Positions 40,844-51,592 are shown, counted from the first letter of the stretch. The stretch is DNA of 64,000 nt from Fervidobacterium sp. (GCA_049970055.1 JBMFNR010000002.1:468406-532405), one strand, 5' to 3'. A program made the numbers and translations. Notes: generated from the sequence alone by a model not told the origin.

Positions 40844-41920
40844 ATGGGAGTTTTAACGATAGAAGTAGATGCGCAAAAGCTAAAAGATGTTGTAAAAAGA
40901 TCAGATCGCGTATGTGGGACACTTGAGCCATCCAACAGAAGATTAGCATTTTTTGCACAGGATGGTAAATTGTACGCATTGGCATCAGATGGGTGTTTGA
41001 AAGGCTCTTTTGAATTATCGCCGTATTTGTTTTCAAGGTCATTTCAACCTTTCGAAATATCACTCGATGTCTTAAAGCAATTTTCCTCAGAGCTTTCAGG
41101 AAAAGTAAATTTGTTGATCCAAGATGGAATAATCACTTTCAAGTGTCAAAACGAGATCCTAAGATTAAAAGTTAATTATGTAGATAATATACAGATTCAG
41201 AAAATTGCAGAAAAAGGAATTAAAATGGTAAGGAGAAAATTCCTCAGTGAGATAGACTACTCTTCTTGCTTTTTGGAAGAAGGTAACAATGTTGATGTTT
41301 TCATCTCTGGTAATCTTTTAGAGCTCATCTCACATTACGCGGGTATTCTTTCGTATGTAAAACTTAACGTTGGGCAAAATGAGCTTACTGGTGCAAGTTA
41401 CTCTATCTCGATTCCCTATGTGTCTTCAAGACATGTCGTTAAGGCATTAGACCTTGAAGAAAGCGAAGAAATTATTATCTACTACGATGAGTATGAGAAA
41501 AAGCTGCATTTGAAGTCAACGCATTTGTACACACTTTGCGGAGATACGCCAGCAGAAAATCCTGAAAGAGTGAGAAATGTATGTTCACAATTTAAAGTTC
41601 ACTCAAAGATCAGCGCATCTCAATTGCAAAAATTGTTAAGAAGATCACTAATCTCCGGTAGGTTTTCAGATGTCCAACTTTACACGCGCTTAGGAGAGGT
41701 TGTAGTTGTTTCTCAGTATGGATCAATTGCTTATAAGGGCAGTATGGAAGCTGATATTAATGCCATTTTCTCGGTGAAAACAAAGGCAAACTTACTGAGA
41801 AGTGCGCTTAATCGTATAGGAAGTCAAAATATCTTAGTAGATGTTATCGATGATTTCGTTGTCTTCTCTTCACCTTCATTGACCAGATTTTTGATCCTGC
41901 GAAATGAGAGAGTTCAGTAA
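40844..41920 (+). CDS. Divergent DNA polymerase III beta-clamp-like protein
   Basis: ~360 aa, clamp-like alpha/beta periodicity; LYALASDG and KTKANLLRSAL lie where clamp motifs are expected; canonical motifs lost. Confidence 0.65.
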   Translation: MGVLTIEVDAQKLKDVVKRSDRVCGTLEPSNRRLAFFAQDGKLYALASDGCLKGSFELSPYLFSRSFQPFEISLDVLKQFSSELSGKVNLLIQDGIITFKCQNEILRLKVNYVDNIQIQKIAEKGIKMVRRKFLSEIDYSSCFLEEGNNVDVFISGNLLELISHYAGILSYVKLNVGQNELTGASYSISIPYVSSRHVVKALDLEESEEIIIYYDEYEKKLHLKSTHLYTLCGDTPAENPERVRNVCSQFKVHSKISASQLQKLLRRSLISGRFSDVQLYTRLGEVVVVSQYGSIAYKGSMEADINAIFSVKTKANLLRSALNRIGSQNILVDVIDDFVVFSSPSLTRFLILRNERVQ

Positions 41921-42316
41921 TTTTAACGTTTCAACTTTATTTTCCAGATTTTCTGAAGAATTAATGCTGTTCTTAGTTACCTTCCCGCCCAGGCTTTTGT
42001 AAATAATCTCAGATAGATCTTTCAAATCAGTTCTTGCGGCTTTTAAAGCGTATTGTTGCAGTAGTATTTCCCTGAACCATCTCTCCCCAAAGCTTTCCTG
42101 AATAAGGCCACTTTTTGGTACAGTGCTGTACATTTTTTTGAAAATTTCGTACACATACCATGCCGCAAATTCTTCGGAGACTTTCTTGAGTTTGTTTTGG
42201 TAATCTTGATTGTCTTCCAATGTTTGCTTTGTATTTATTTTCTTTCCAGTAGTTTTAACAATATTTTCTATCTGAGCATTTACTTTGCTATTTATTTTCA
42301 ATTCCATTCTTCCCAC
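41876..42316 (-). CDS. flgJ: Flagellar rod-binding protein FlgJ (no muramidase domain)
   Basis: LKKVSEEF, KKMYSTVP, GERWFRE; follows flgI. Confidence 0.8.
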   Translation of the reverse strand: MGRMELKINSKVNAQIENIVKTTGKKINTKQTLEDNQDYQNKLKKVSEEFAAWYVYEIFKKMYSTVPKSGLIQESFGERWFREILLQQYALKAARTDLKDLSEIIYKSLGGKVTKNSINSSENLENKVETLKLLNSLISQDQKSGQ

Positions 42317-42358
42317 CTTCTTTACGAGTATCTAACTTTTAGCTTTCACACAAACTTA

Positions 42359-43366
42359 TCACATAATCTTAAGCTGAGCGAAAATAACACCAGCTTTGTA
42401 CAGTTCTTGAATTATGGCGATTATATCTTGTGGAGTTGCACCAAGTGATTTAAGTGCGGTTATAAGATTACCGATTGTTGCTTTCTTATCACCAATTTGG
42501 CCATTTTCTATTGTTACAACGAAGTTTCCATAAGACAAAACGAAATCTGATACAGTCACATCTCCGCCGAAGACCACAGTCCCGGTTCTCTCATTTATTA
42601 TTACTTGTGCAGGTGTATCCATAGGAACCTCGATCTCTTCAAGTAATGATAAAAATGAAATAATATCGTCTTTAAAAACGTTTGGAACGGTTACTTTAAC
42701 GCTTGCACCATCGATAGCTTTCGCTATGTTTGTACCGAATTTTGTATTTATCGCTACTGCGGTGCGGGCGGCAACTGTGAAGTCTGGTCTGTTTAAAAGA
42801 ATTGTCACCGAATTCTCGTCGACGATGCTAAATGGTATTTCACGTTCCACAATGGCTCCAGCAGGTATGTAACCAACGACTGCGAATCTTCTTTGTAAAT
42901 TCGCACTTCCTTTCACATCCTCTCCACCTACGGAAACAGGACCTTGCGCAACTGCGTAAACGTTTCCATCCGCACCGTAAAGGGGAGTTTGTATCAGTAT
43001 GCCATTTCTCAAACTCTTTGCATCGTTGATACTTGCAATTTCTACATCAAGCCTCATCCCTGGTTTGTAGAATGAAGGGATATCTGCTACAACCATAACG
43101 AGGGCCACGTTCTTGGTTTTTAAATCATTTGGATTCACAGTAATGCCAAAGTTCTTAAGCATATTGGAGAGCAGCGAGGAGTTAAGAGTACCGCTGTCAC
43201 CTGATCCATTCAACCCAATTACAAGCCCAACACCAAACAATTGGTTATCCCTTGCACCCCTAAATTTTGCGAAATCTTTAATTCTTACGTTGATAGAGAA
43301 CACAAGCGAAATTGTCAACAAGAATGCTATTAGTACACCTAACCTTTTCATAGATAGGCCTCCCAA
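42359..43366 (-). CDS. flgI: Flagellar P-ring protein
   Basis: RIKD, GLVIGLNGSGD, VYAVAQG, INERTGTVV. Confidence 0.95.
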   Translation of the reverse strand: MGGLSMKRLGVLIAFLLTISLVFSINVRIKDFAKFRGARDNQLFGVGLVIGLNGSGDSGTLNSSLLSNMLKNFGITVNPNDLKTKNVALVMVVADIPSFYKPGMRLDVEIASINDAKSLRNGILIQTPLYGADGNVYAVAQGPVSVGGEDVKGSANLQRRFAVVGYIPAGAIVEREIPFSIVDENSVTILLNRPDFTVAARTAVAINTKFGTNIAKAIDGASVKVTVPNVFKDDIISFLSLLEEIEVPMDTPAQVIINERTGTVVFGGDVTVSDFVLSYGNFVVTIENGQIGDKKATIGNLITALKSLGATPQDIIAIIQELYKAGVIFAQLKIM

Positions 43367-43381
43367 AATGCTGAGTACTGG

Positions 43382-43975
43382 TTATTTAAAAAAGCCAATT
43401 ATGGACGAAAGTAATAAGCCAAGCCATGTGCTTTGCTGCGGATCGTCCTGAAAAACTACTTTTCCATTTTCCCATATCTGAGCATCAATTAGATCGGTCG
43501 AGTTTACGATGTTTCCAGGTCTAATTGCTTGTGGATGTACCCAACCTGTGATGATCAATTCTCTGAGGTCGTTACCAACTTTTATTTGTTTCTTCCCCTC
43601 CAAGTAGAGTTTTCCATATTCATCAACTTTCTTAACAACAGCCGTAAGTTGTAAAACGGCGTTAGCTTGACTTTTATTGTCTCTTTTATCCGTTGTGGAT
43701 GTATTTGCTGGAAGGTATTTGCTTAGATCGAGTCCTATCAATTTGGTGCCGGTGTTAATTGCGTTTATAAAAGCATTCGTAAGAGAGTTTACCTGTGAAG
43801 ATGTTGAAACACGGGGTGATTCGTATACAACGATGGTTATATAATCACCAACTCTTGATGGTCTGTACGAACCTATTAGATTTTGAAATTGTGGATTAGA
43901 AGAATTTGTGTAAAGAGACGTTGAAAATGAAAGTATTGATAAAGTAAAAAGCAAAATCACATGTATTTTTCTCAC
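43382..43975 (-). CDS. flgH: Flagellar L-ring protein
   Basis: VGDYITIVV, LYLEGKKQI, N-x-V-x-S motif; gene order. Confidence 0.88.
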   Translation of the reverse strand: MRKIHVILLFTLSILSFSTSLYTNSSNPQFQNLIGSYRPSRVGDYITIVVYESPRVSTSSQVNSLTNAFINAINTGTKLIGLDLSKYLPANTSTTDKRDNKSQANAVLQLTAVVKKVDEYGKLYLEGKKQIKVGNDLRELIITGWVHPQAIRPGNIVNSTDLIDAQIWENGKVVFQDDPQQSTWLGLLLSSIIGFFK

Positions 43976-44923
43976 TTACTTCACCTCCAGTACCATTATC
44001 GTCCCATCTTCTCGTACGGTGCCTTTAATTATTGAACCGTTATCTGTATTTTTTACGCTAATCACGCTTCCAACATAACCATTCTCTAAAGCTTGAGCAA
44101 GTGTTGAAACGGTAATTCCGCTGACGATACTTATCGCTTTAACAGTTTGACCTTTGACAATTAACGGAACATCTTTAACGTATCTGCTATCTATGATTTC
44201 ACCTTTCTGGAATATTTTATCGGCCATAACAGGTAGATCTTCTTCTAACAATGGGACCTTGTTAAGCGCGTAAATATTTTGTTCAACAAATTCAACGTCA
44301 CTCACGCCGATAATTTCTTCTCTATTTATTTTTCTTTTAGCAACTGCGACTTTCCTAAGTAGTTGTGCTTCGTACTGCAGCGAAATAAATCCTACTAATT
44401 TACCCGATTTTCTCAGTGTGACTTTGACGAAAGGCGAAAGTTTATTCGATATCTGAATCGACATAATGTAATCATCATGTGATAAAAGTGCACCACTTTG
44501 TGACTTCAAATCAAATTTTGTTTCCTCTGGATAGTATCTTTTTAGTTCATTTAAGATTGTGTCGTATAAATTTTCTGAATTCAACGTTTTCGATGTCTTC
44601 AATGTGGTTTCAATATAAGGAATAGTTGCATTTATAGCCACGGGTATATCATCAATTTCAGCATCAACTAAACCAATGTACTTTTTAATTAAATTTGCAA
44701 GGTACTTTTTACTCAATGTCAATTTAGAACCAGATGGCATATACGCCACTACAATCTTTTCAAGTGTCTGTGTTGCGATATCCGTTTCTTTAACAATTTC
44801 GCTCATGAGAACTGCTCCTGGAAAAACGGATACCTCTTGTTTGAAGGAAACGAATGCCGAAAAGATACTAACGGTAGATAAACAAAAAAAAATTGTGAAG
44901 ATAACAAACATGCCTTTTTTCAT
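43976..44923 (-). CDS. flgA: P-ring formation chaperone
   Basis: SAF domain, VKGQTV, ALENG...VKN..G C-terminal motif. Confidence 0.85.
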   Translation of the reverse strand: MKKGMFVIFTIFFCLSTVSIFSAFVSFKQEVSVFPGAVLMSEIVKETDIATQTLEKIVVAYMPSGSKLTLSKKYLANLIKKYIGLVDAEIDDIPVAINATIPYIETTLKTSKTLNSENLYDTILNELKRYYPEETKFDLKSQSGALLSHDDYIMSIQISNKLSPFVKVTLRKSGKLVGFISLQYEAQLLRKVAVAKRKINREEIIGVSDVEFVEQNIYALNKVPLLEEDLPVMADKIFQKGEIIDSRYVKDVPLIVKGQTVKAISIVSGITVSTLAQALENGYVGSVISVKNTDNGSIIKGTVREDGTIMVLEVK

Positions 44924-44991
44924 AGTCCGTCACCACTTTTTTAGTGTTTTCTAAATTTCTTAAGTTAAAAAACTAAGGGACCGAAATACCA

Positions 44992-45022
44992 AAAAGCGGG
45001 AAGTTCAAACTCCCCGCTTTTT
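44992..45022 (-). terminator. Terminator after rplA
   Basis: aaaaagcgggaagtt...aactccccgcttttt. Confidence 0.8.
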
Positions 45023-45051
45023 ACATTCTTCATGTCTTTTAACTTTTCCTA

Positions 45052-45759
45052 TTACTTTTTACCTTCAGCAATTGAGTTGATATCAAGTTTTATACCAGGT
45101 CCCATCGTTGAGGCAACAACTGCTTTCTTTATGAATTGTCCCTTTACACCAGCTGGTCTGAGAGCGATTATCTGCTCGTATGCTGCTTTGATGTTTTCTT
45201 TTAATTTTTCACTGTCAAACGAAGCTTTACCGACTGGGAAATGTAGGTTTCCAGTTTTGTCTGTTCTAACTTCAACCTTACCTTTTTTGAATTCGGAAAC
45301 AGCAGCTGCTACATCATCTGTGACTGTACCAGTTTTTGGGTTTGGCATAAGACCTCTTGGACCGAGAACTTTACCGAGTTTACCAATAACCTTCATCATA
45401 TCTGGTGTCGCGATTGCAACGTCAAAATCAATGAAACCTTCATTTGCTATCTTATCTGCTAATTCTTCTGCACCAACATAATCTGCGCCAGCTTGTTTGG
45501 CTTCTTCCGCTTTTTCGCCTTTTGCAAACACAAGTACCCTCACACTCTTACCAGTTCCATGAGGAAGGGAAATTGTACTTCTTATATTTTGTTCACTTTT
45601 TCTGTAATCAATATTTGTCTTTATGTGAACCTCGACTGTTTCATCGAATTTCGCTGTCGCAGTCTTCTTAAGCAGTTCAACTGCTTCATCTAAAGTATAA
45701 GCCTTTTCTCTATCTACTAACTTTCTCAATTCATTGTATCTTTTGGAGTGTTTAGGCAT
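45052..45759 (-). CDS. rplA: 50S ribosomal protein L1
   Basis: [30 protein letters not shown]. Confidence 0.98.
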   Translation of the reverse strand: MPKHSKRYNELRKLVDREKAYTLDEAVELLKKTATAKFDETVEVHIKTNIDYRKSEQNIRSTISLPHGTGKSVRVLVFAKGEKAEEAKQAGADYVGAEELADKIANEGFIDFDVAIATPDMMKVIGKLGKVLGPRGLMPNPKTGTVTDDVAAAVSEFKKGKVEVRTDKTGNLHFPVGKASFDSEKLKENIKAAYEQIIALRPAGVKGQFIKKAVVASTMGPGIKLDINSIAEGKK

Positions 45760-45783
45760 ATTCTAAGCCTCCTCCCTTCCGCT

Positions 45784-46209
45784 TCAATCTACAACTTCAA
45801 GACCCATACTGCGTGCAGTTCCTTCTATAATTTTCATCGCAGCATCAAGGTCGTTGGCGTTTAGATCTACCATTTTGAGTTCTGCAATTTCTTTGATTTG
45901 TTGTCTTGTGACTTTTCCTGCGACTTTTCTCTTCGGCTCACTTGAACCAGAGTTGATCTTTGCTGCTCTCTTGAGCAAGAAGCTTGCAGGAGGAGTTTTC
46001 GTTACAAATGTAAATGACCTGTCATCGTAAACTGTCACAATAACAGGGATGAGAAATCCTGCTTTGTCCGCTGTGACAGCGTTGAACTTCTTACAAAATT
46101 CCATCAAGTTAACTCCCCTTTGACCTAGCGCAGGTCCTACTGGAGGAGCTGGCGTTGCTTTACCGGCTTCAAGTACAAGCCTTACCTCTGCTACCACTTT
46201 CTTAGCCAT
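45784..46209 (-). CDS. rplK: 50S ribosomal protein L11
   Basis: [22 protein letters not shown] 46209 after ggagg. Confidence 0.98.
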   Translation of the reverse strand: MAKKVVAEVRLVLEAGKATPAPPVGPALGQRGVNLMEFCKKFNAVTADKAGFLIPVIVTVYDDRSFTFVTKTPPASFLLKRAAKINSGSSEPKRKVAGKVTRQQIKEIAELKMVDLNANDLDAAMKIIEGTARSMGLEVVD

Positions 46210-46225
46210 ACAACTTACCTCCTTG

Positions 46226-46262
46226 TGTGGTGTAGTTAATATTTCGGGCAAAGCCCTCCCAC
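46226..46262 (-). promoter_or_regulatory. Probable L1-binding autoregulatory leader of rplK-rplA
   Basis: GTGGGAGGGC-ttt-GCCC...ACCAC immediately before the rplK RBS. Confidence 0.55.
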
Positions 46263-46289
46263 GAGCCTCAAAAGTTTATAAGGGAACGA

Positions 46290-47354
46290 TTAAACTTTCT
46301 CTACTTCACTAAGATGCACGCTTACAGGTGTTTCTCTACCGAAAATTGTTACGTTAACTTTCAATTCTTGTTTTTCTTCATCGACTTCTTTGACAACACC
46401 CGTGAAGCCTTCGAATGGACCAGTTATGATCTTTACAGCATCGCCGGGTTGAATCTCTAATTCGATCCTTGTGACTTCTTTTTTGACTTCTGGCGTTTCT
46501 TCAAGACCAGCCATTCTGAGTATGTAATGAACTTCTTCTAGTTTTAAAGCAAGGGGCCTTCCACCAGCAGATACAAACCCCATAACAAAAGGTGTGCCTC
46601 TCACGAATTCCCATGTGTGATCGTTCATGATCATCTCGACAAAAAGGTACCCTGGGTATAATTTTTTCTTCTTTGTTTTTAGTACGAGGATTTCTTTTCT
46701 TGTAGCAAATTCGACTATACTAATACGCCCAGTACTCTTTGAGTATATCTTTTTGCCTTCTGCTAAGAGTTGCCCAGCCCTTAGTTGCCCCCCCTTTTTT
46801 CCAACGGCTGGATTAAAGACCTCCACTGGCACTATATAAACATCTTCATCACCAAGCGCAGTTCTTACAATCATCTTCTTTACTTTTTCGTTTCCGATGA
46901 TGCGGCCATCGATATCACATATGTATTCATCACTTGCAGCAAGTAAAGTACCTTGAAATACACTTGAACCTATCCTTAAACCGTTAACTATTTTAGCAGT
47001 CTCTGGGATTATATACGTTCTTGAAAATTTTCGATCGGTGGTTTCGATTGTTATCTTCCTTGCATTAACAACATCAACCACCGTTCCGTCGCGCCTAACT
47101 TTAATTGAAGGTTCCTCAGCTAACAAGTCCCCTTTTTCTACGTCTTGATTGTTCGTAACATGAAGCTTAGCTTCATGACTAACAATATACCTTTCTACAG
47201 ATTTACTGGAGGTATCTATAACAGTCTCTTCCAACACGACAACTCTTGATACAAGATGTTCATAACCTTGGGCTTTTATCTTTGCCTCAAGGTTCTCCTT
47301 AACTTTGTTTTCATACCCTGTAATGGTATGAATTATATACCATTCTTTTTTCAT
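46290..47354 (-). CDS. nusG: NusG with large Thermotogota-type insertion
   Basis: WYIIHTITGYE, YPGYLFV, KOW (GPFEGFTG, IFGRETPV); 354 aa. Confidence 0.95.
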   Translation of the reverse strand: MKKEWYIIHTITGYENKVKENLEAKIKAQGYEHLVSRVVVLEETVIDTSSKSVERYIVSHEAKLHVTNNQDVEKGDLLAEEPSIKVRRDGTVVDVVNARKITIETTDRKFSRTYIIPETAKIVNGLRIGSSVFQGTLLAASDEYICDIDGRIIGNEKVKKMIVRTALGDEDVYIVPVEVFNPAVGKKGGQLRAGQLLAEGKKIYSKSTGRISIVEFATRKEILVLKTKKKKLYPGYLFVEMIMNDHTWEFVRGTPFVMGFVSAGGRPLALKLEEVHYILRMAGLEETPEVKKEVTRIELEIQPGDAVKIITGPFEGFTGVVKEVDEEKQELKVNVTIFGRETPVSVHLSEVEKV

Positions 47355-47363
47355 TCTACCACC

Positions 47364-47555
47364 TCAGAATTTTTGAAGCAACGCACCCAATGTACCAGAG
47401 AACAGCAAATCAACAAGGAAAAGATAAACAGCAGAAACTGCCAAAATAAACAACACCACTCCCGTCGAGGCAAGCAGCTCGTCTCGATTAGGCCACGTGG
47501 TCTTTTTTGCTTCTGCTTTCACCTCTGCAAAGAACTTTTTCAATTTCTCAAGCAT
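47364..47555 (-). CDS. secE: Preprotein translocase SecE
   Basis: EVKAEAKKTTWP followed by one TM. Confidence 0.95.
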   Translation of the reverse strand: MLEKLKKFFAEVKAEAKKTTWPNRDELLASTGVVLFILAVSAVYLFLVDLLFSGTLGALLQKF

Positions 47556-47592
47556 TTCGCTCCACCCCTTAGTTATTCCTATATAAAAAAAC

Positions 47593-47668
47593 TGGCAGGG
47601 GCGGCAGGACTTGAACCCGCAACACCCGATTTTGGAGACCGGTGCTCTGCCAATTGAGCTACGCCCCT
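47593..47668 (-). tRNA. tRNA-Trp(CCA)
   Basis: Reverse-complement cloverleaf, loop CT CCA AA, CCA end. Confidence 0.95.
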
Positions 47669-47692
47669 GCGTGATTATCCGATAATGAAATA

Positions 47693-47842
47693 TTAAACCT
47701 TTGTCTCCACGTGGAACGTATGTTTATTGCATTTTGGGCAGTACTTTTTTAGTCTGAGTTTATCTTTTTTGCTCTTTTCCTTTGTTGTGTAGTAATTTCT
47801 GTTTCCGCATTCTTCACATTTGAGTCCTACTTGAACTCTCAT
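47693..47842 (-). CDS. rpmG: 50S ribosomal protein L33 (Zn form), missing from the ORF track
   Basis: [49 protein letters not shown]. Confidence 0.97.
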   Translation of the reverse strand: MRVQVGLKCEECGNRNYYTTKEKSKKDKLRLKKYCPKCNKHTFHVETKV

Positions 47843-47873
47843 CTTCGTTCAGCCTCCTAACTATAAAAAATAT

Positions 47874-47960
47874 TGGTGGTGAGGGAAGGATTTGAACCTT
47901 CGAAGGCATTCTGCCAGCGGATTTACAGTCCGCCCCCTTTGGCCACTCGGGCACCTCACC
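47874..47960 (-). tRNA. tRNA-Tyr(GTA)
   Basis: Long variable arm, loop CT GTA AA, CCA end. Confidence 0.95.
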
Positions 47961-47981
47961 ACACCTCTTTGATCTGAGGTT

Positions 47982-48057
47982 TGGAGCCAACGGAGGGACT
48001 TGAACCCTCAACCTGCTGATTACAAGTCAGCCGCTCTGCCGGTTGAGCTACGTTGGC
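47982..48057 (-). tRNA. tRNA-Thr(TGT)
   Basis: Loop CT TGT AA, CCA end. Confidence 0.95.
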
Positions 48058-48240
48058 TCGCTTATGCGGTTATTATTATAACCGATAGGTGTGATTTTGT
48101 CAATGTTTCAGATGTGTTGACTATTGTTACAGTTTTTCACAGACCCGTGGACAATATAGGTATAAAGAGTACCGTTGAATATAATATCATATAAGTTCAA
48201 TTTTTCAAGAGGATATTTTAGTACTTTGCTTAAAATAAAT

Positions 48241-48666
48241 TCATTCATAGATAATTTCGTATGTGAATTCAGGAACCGCCTTTTTCAGCATCGCTGAAAC
48301 GGCGCAATATTTATCCTGTGACAGCGTTACCGCTTTTTGAACCTGTTCTTTTGGAGGTTCTCCATTGAATTTGAAGAAATACTTCAAGTGAATTTTCGTG
48401 TAAACTTTTGGATGTTCTTGCGCTTGTTCGTAATCAACTTCTATTCTGAAGCTCTCCATGCTATCAATGACTCGCATCTTCCTAAGAAGTGATACCACGT
48501 CCATACCTGTGCAGCCCATCAAAGAGTAAAGTACAAGTTCTTTTGGTCTTAGCCCTGCATCTTTTCCACCTACTGATGAGTCAGAATCGATTATTAAGTC
48601 ATGGCCTGAAAGTGTTTTGGCGTAAAAAAGCATTCCTGAATAAAAATCCATGCGCGCCACTCCCAT
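48241..48666 (-). CDS. OsmC/YhfA family protein
   Basis: [22 protein letters not shown]. Confidence 0.9.
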   Translation of the reverse strand: MGVARMDFYSGMLFYAKTLSGHDLIIDSDSSVGGKDAGLRPKELVLYSLMGCTGMDVVSLLRKMRVIDSMESFRIEVDYEQAQEHPKVYTKIHLKYFFKFNGEPPKEQVQKAVTLSQDKYCAVSAMLKKAVPEFTYEIIYE

Positions 48667-48692
48667 AATTTAACCTCCCAAAGTTTTTTACT

Positions 48693-49340
48693 TCATACCT
48701 TCATTTTTCCAAAGAATATCAATAAGCCCATTAGTATTATAAACGCTCCACCCATGTATTTTGTCCACCTTTCCCAACTTGGTGTACCAAAGCCTTTTGT
48801 CAAGATACGTGACAACACAGTTCCTATAGTTAGAAACGGTACGGAAATACCAAGTGAGTATACAAATAACAGTACCATACCTTTCACTAAACTCTTTTGT
48901 GAAGCGATCATCATCATCGACGCAAGTACTGGACTGCTACAAGGTATCCACACGAAACCAACTGCCAAACCGAGTAATAGGCCACCAAAAAAACCTACAT
49001 TTTTATACTTCCATATGTTAACACTTTTTCCCCTGAAAAGTTGAATCTCCGACATGTAAATTATACCAAAAATTATTATTGATATCCCTATTAATTTTTC
49101 TACCACACCACCAAATCTTGTGAGAAATCCGCCAATTGCTGAAGAAAATGCTCCAAGTAGCGTGAACATTGCTGAGAAACCTAAGAAAAAACCCATTAAC
49201 TTTTGTACTTTCTTCTTGCCACCTAATACAATACCAATAAAACCCGGTATCAGAGGTAACACACAGGGACTGAAAAAAGAAAGCAAACCTGAAACTATCG
49301 CCATCCATATCGACACATCCACAATGCCAATTGTTACCAT
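48693..49340 (-). CDS. ccdA: CcdA-type transmembrane disulfide reductase
   Basis: GLLSFFSPCVLPL, WIPCSSP, YSLG. Confidence 0.92.
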   Translation of the reverse strand: MVTIGIVDVSIWMAIVSGLLSFFSPCVLPLIPGFIGIVLGGKKKVQKLMGFFLGFSAMFTLLGAFSSAIGGFLTRFGGVVEKLIGISIIIFGIIYMSEIQLFRGKSVNIWKYKNVGFFGGLLLGLAVGFVWIPCSSPVLASMMMIASQKSLVKGMVLLFVYSLGISVPFLTIGTVLSRILTKGFGTPSWERWTKYMGGAFIILMGLLIFFGKMKV

Positions 49341-49374
49341 GTAATTACCTCCAAAGAGAGTATCCCAAAGTGTC

Positions 49375-50058
49375 TTACTTTATCAGAAGCACTCTTATAA
49401 CACCAGCTTCGTTTAGCTTTTTTGCAAGTTGCTCATTAGATGTAATGTAAACTGTATATATGTCGATATTCTTAGGAGTTTCACTTACAATAATTGAATT
49501 ACTATCGTATTTTAGTATGTAGTCAGCTTTGTCCTTCGTTACGTTAACTACTTTGGGTTTTCCAAGTAAGTTATCTTTCTTCTTAGCATAAGCATCGAAA
49601 GATTCATTGTAGTTTTCTTCAACTACCCTTATTAAATATTTTAACGCTTTAAGAAAATCTTCTACAGGCATGTATCCCGGAACCTGTGTGATGAGTTCTT
49701 TTGCTTTTAAGAAAAAGAACGCAGGTGTACCTCTTACACCAAATGCAGTAAAAAGATCGTTATTACTATACGATTTTCCAAGAAATGTAGTCTTATAATT
49801 TGATGGTTCAATCCTTACAAAAACGTAGTTGCCTCTCAAAAATTCTTGGACATCTTTGTTTGCTAAGACATCTTTATCAAACAATTTGCAGTAATAACAA
49901 CTCGGTGAAGAAAACATAATCACAAGAATTTTATCTTCGATTTCTGAAACCTTGTGAGCTGTTCCAAGATCTGTATAAATGTATTTATAACCAAATGTAC
50001 TTACCGAAATGATTACAGCTAAAGCAAAAAGTAAAAGATTAAAGGTATATTTTTTCAT
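49375..50058 (-). CDS. Exported thioredoxin-fold protein (SoxW-like)
   Basis: Signal peptide, CYYC, FGVRGTP, VPGY. Confidence 0.85.
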   Translation of the reverse strand: MKKYTFNLLLFALAVIISVSTFGYKYIYTDLGTAHKVSEIEDKILVIMFSSPSCYYCKLFDKDVLANKDVQEFLRGNYVFVRIEPSNYKTTFLGKSYSNNDLFTAFGVRGTPAFFFLKAKELITQVPGYMPVEDFLKALKYLIRVVEENYNESFDAYAKKKDNLLGKPKVVNVTKDKADYILKYDSNSIIVSETPKNIDIYTVYITSNEQLAKKLNEAGVIRVLLIK

Positions 50059-50198
50059 AATCTATTTCACCTTCACTTTAAACTTTCGCATGAAAAGCTT
50101 CGAGATAAACCTTAGAATTGGACAGTTAAACTTCATGGTCCCCCTCCTTTTTGTAAAAGGATATATGGCTGCCAACTATAAAATGGCAGCCATTGTTT

Positions 50199-50441
50199 TT
50201 AGTGAATTCCAAGTATTCTGTCGATCCTTGCTTTGTCGAATCCAACGATGATTTGATTCCCTATTTCGATAACGGGGACCCCCATTTGCCCAGATTTTCT
50301 TACCATTTCTTCAGCGCCTTTTCTATCTTTTGAAACATCTACTTCAGTGAATGGTAAACCTAGTTGCCTGAAATACTCTTTTGCCCTTCTGCACCATGGA
50401 CACGTTGGTGTTGTGTATATTTTTATCTTATACGCTGGCAT
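50199..50441 (-). CDS. Glutaredoxin-like (NrdH/YruB) protein
   Basis: TPTCPWC, GQMGVPVI, VGFD. Confidence 0.92.
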   Translation of the reverse strand: MPAYKIKIYTTPTCPWCRRAKEYFRQLGLPFTEVDVSKDRKGAEEMVRKSGQMGVPVIEIGNQIIVGFDKARIDRILGIH

Positions 50442-50485
50442 ATGTGCACCTCCTTAACTGCAATTATTTCCAGTAGATTTCAAAG

Positions 50486-51445
50486 TTAGAAGTACTTCTT
50501 AGCTGCATGTTCAACTGCTATGGCACCATCTGCTGCCGCTGTTACTATCTGTCTAAGTCCTTTAATTCTTATATCGCCAACTGCGTATATACCAGGTATG
50601 TTCGTCTCCATATTTTCGTCCGTTATTATGTACCCGTAATCATTCATATTGACTAATCCTTTGAATATTTCAGTCTTTGGAACTAAACCGACGTATATGA
50701 AAACTCCCTCAGCCTTTATGATCTTTTCTTGCTTTGTCTCGTTGTCAACAATGACAACTTCTTCAACTTTATTTTTGCCTCTTATTTCCTTAACGATATG
50801 GTTTGTTATCACCTTAATCTTAGGATTGCTCAGTACCCTTCCTTGCAATACTTTTGCTGCCGTTAAGTATGGCAAGTTTTGAACAATTGTTATACTGTTG
50901 ACAATTTTTGCTAAGAAATGAGATTCATCACAGGCACTATCACCGCCACCTACGACCACAACGTCTTTATCCTTGAAAAGGTACCCATCACATGCTGCAC
51001 AATACGTAACACCTTTACCTCTGAATTCGGCTTCGCCGGGTACGCCCAATTTTCTTGGCTCTGTACCTGTGGCTATTATGAGCACTCTTGCTTTTACTTT
51101 GTTTCCGTCGTCCAATTCTACTACCTTGTAATCTCCTTCAACATACACTTTTTGAGCAAAAGCGTAGTGAATTTCTGCACCAAAATGTTTGGCGTGATCT
51201 GCGAACTTTTGACCGAGTGCTTGACCTTCTATACTAATTTCTCCAGGCCAGTTCTCGACTACATGCGTTTGTGTAACTGCACCACCTTCGATAGCTTTTT
51301 CGATAACCAGAACTGTTAACCCTGCTCTTCTTGCATAAATAGCTCCCGTTAATCCTGCTGGCCCTCCACCTATTATAACAACATCGTAATATTCTTTAAG
51401 TTCACTACCAACTGCACCAACATCGAATAAGCCCATCTCAAACAC
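50486..51445 (-). CDS. trxB: Thioredoxin reductase
   Basis: GGGPAG, CAACDG, GGGDSA, VGDI. Confidence 0.95.
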   Translation of the reverse strand: MFEMGLFDVGAVGSELKEYYDVVIIGGGPAGLTGAIYARRAGLTVLVIEKAIEGGAVTQTHVVENWPGEISIEGQALGQKFADHAKHFGAEIHYAFAQKVYVEGDYKVVELDDGNKVKARVLIIATGTEPRKLGVPGEAEFRGKGVTYCAACDGYLFKDKDVVVVGGGDSACDESHFLAKIVNSITIVQNLPYLTAAKVLQGRVLSNPKIKVITNHIVKEIRGKNKVEEVVIVDNETKQEKIIKAEGVFIYVGLVPKTEIFKGLVNMNDYGYIITDENMETNIPGIYAVGDIRIKGLRQIVTAAADGAIAVEHAAKKYF

Positions 51446-51592
51446 CTCCTGTTTATCATTAGTATTTTTTTATCCTTATTATTCTTTAAAAATCCAGGGC
51501 ACTTAAAGTGCCCTGAAATGCTGGGGGATGGCTGGCCGATTTAAAATCGGTTCCAGTACTTTTGATCAGCTTGTTCAACTGCTCTTTCAAAG

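Noticed and set aside
46290..47354. Unusually long NusG
   Set aside because: The large insertion domain is already known from Thermotoga NusG
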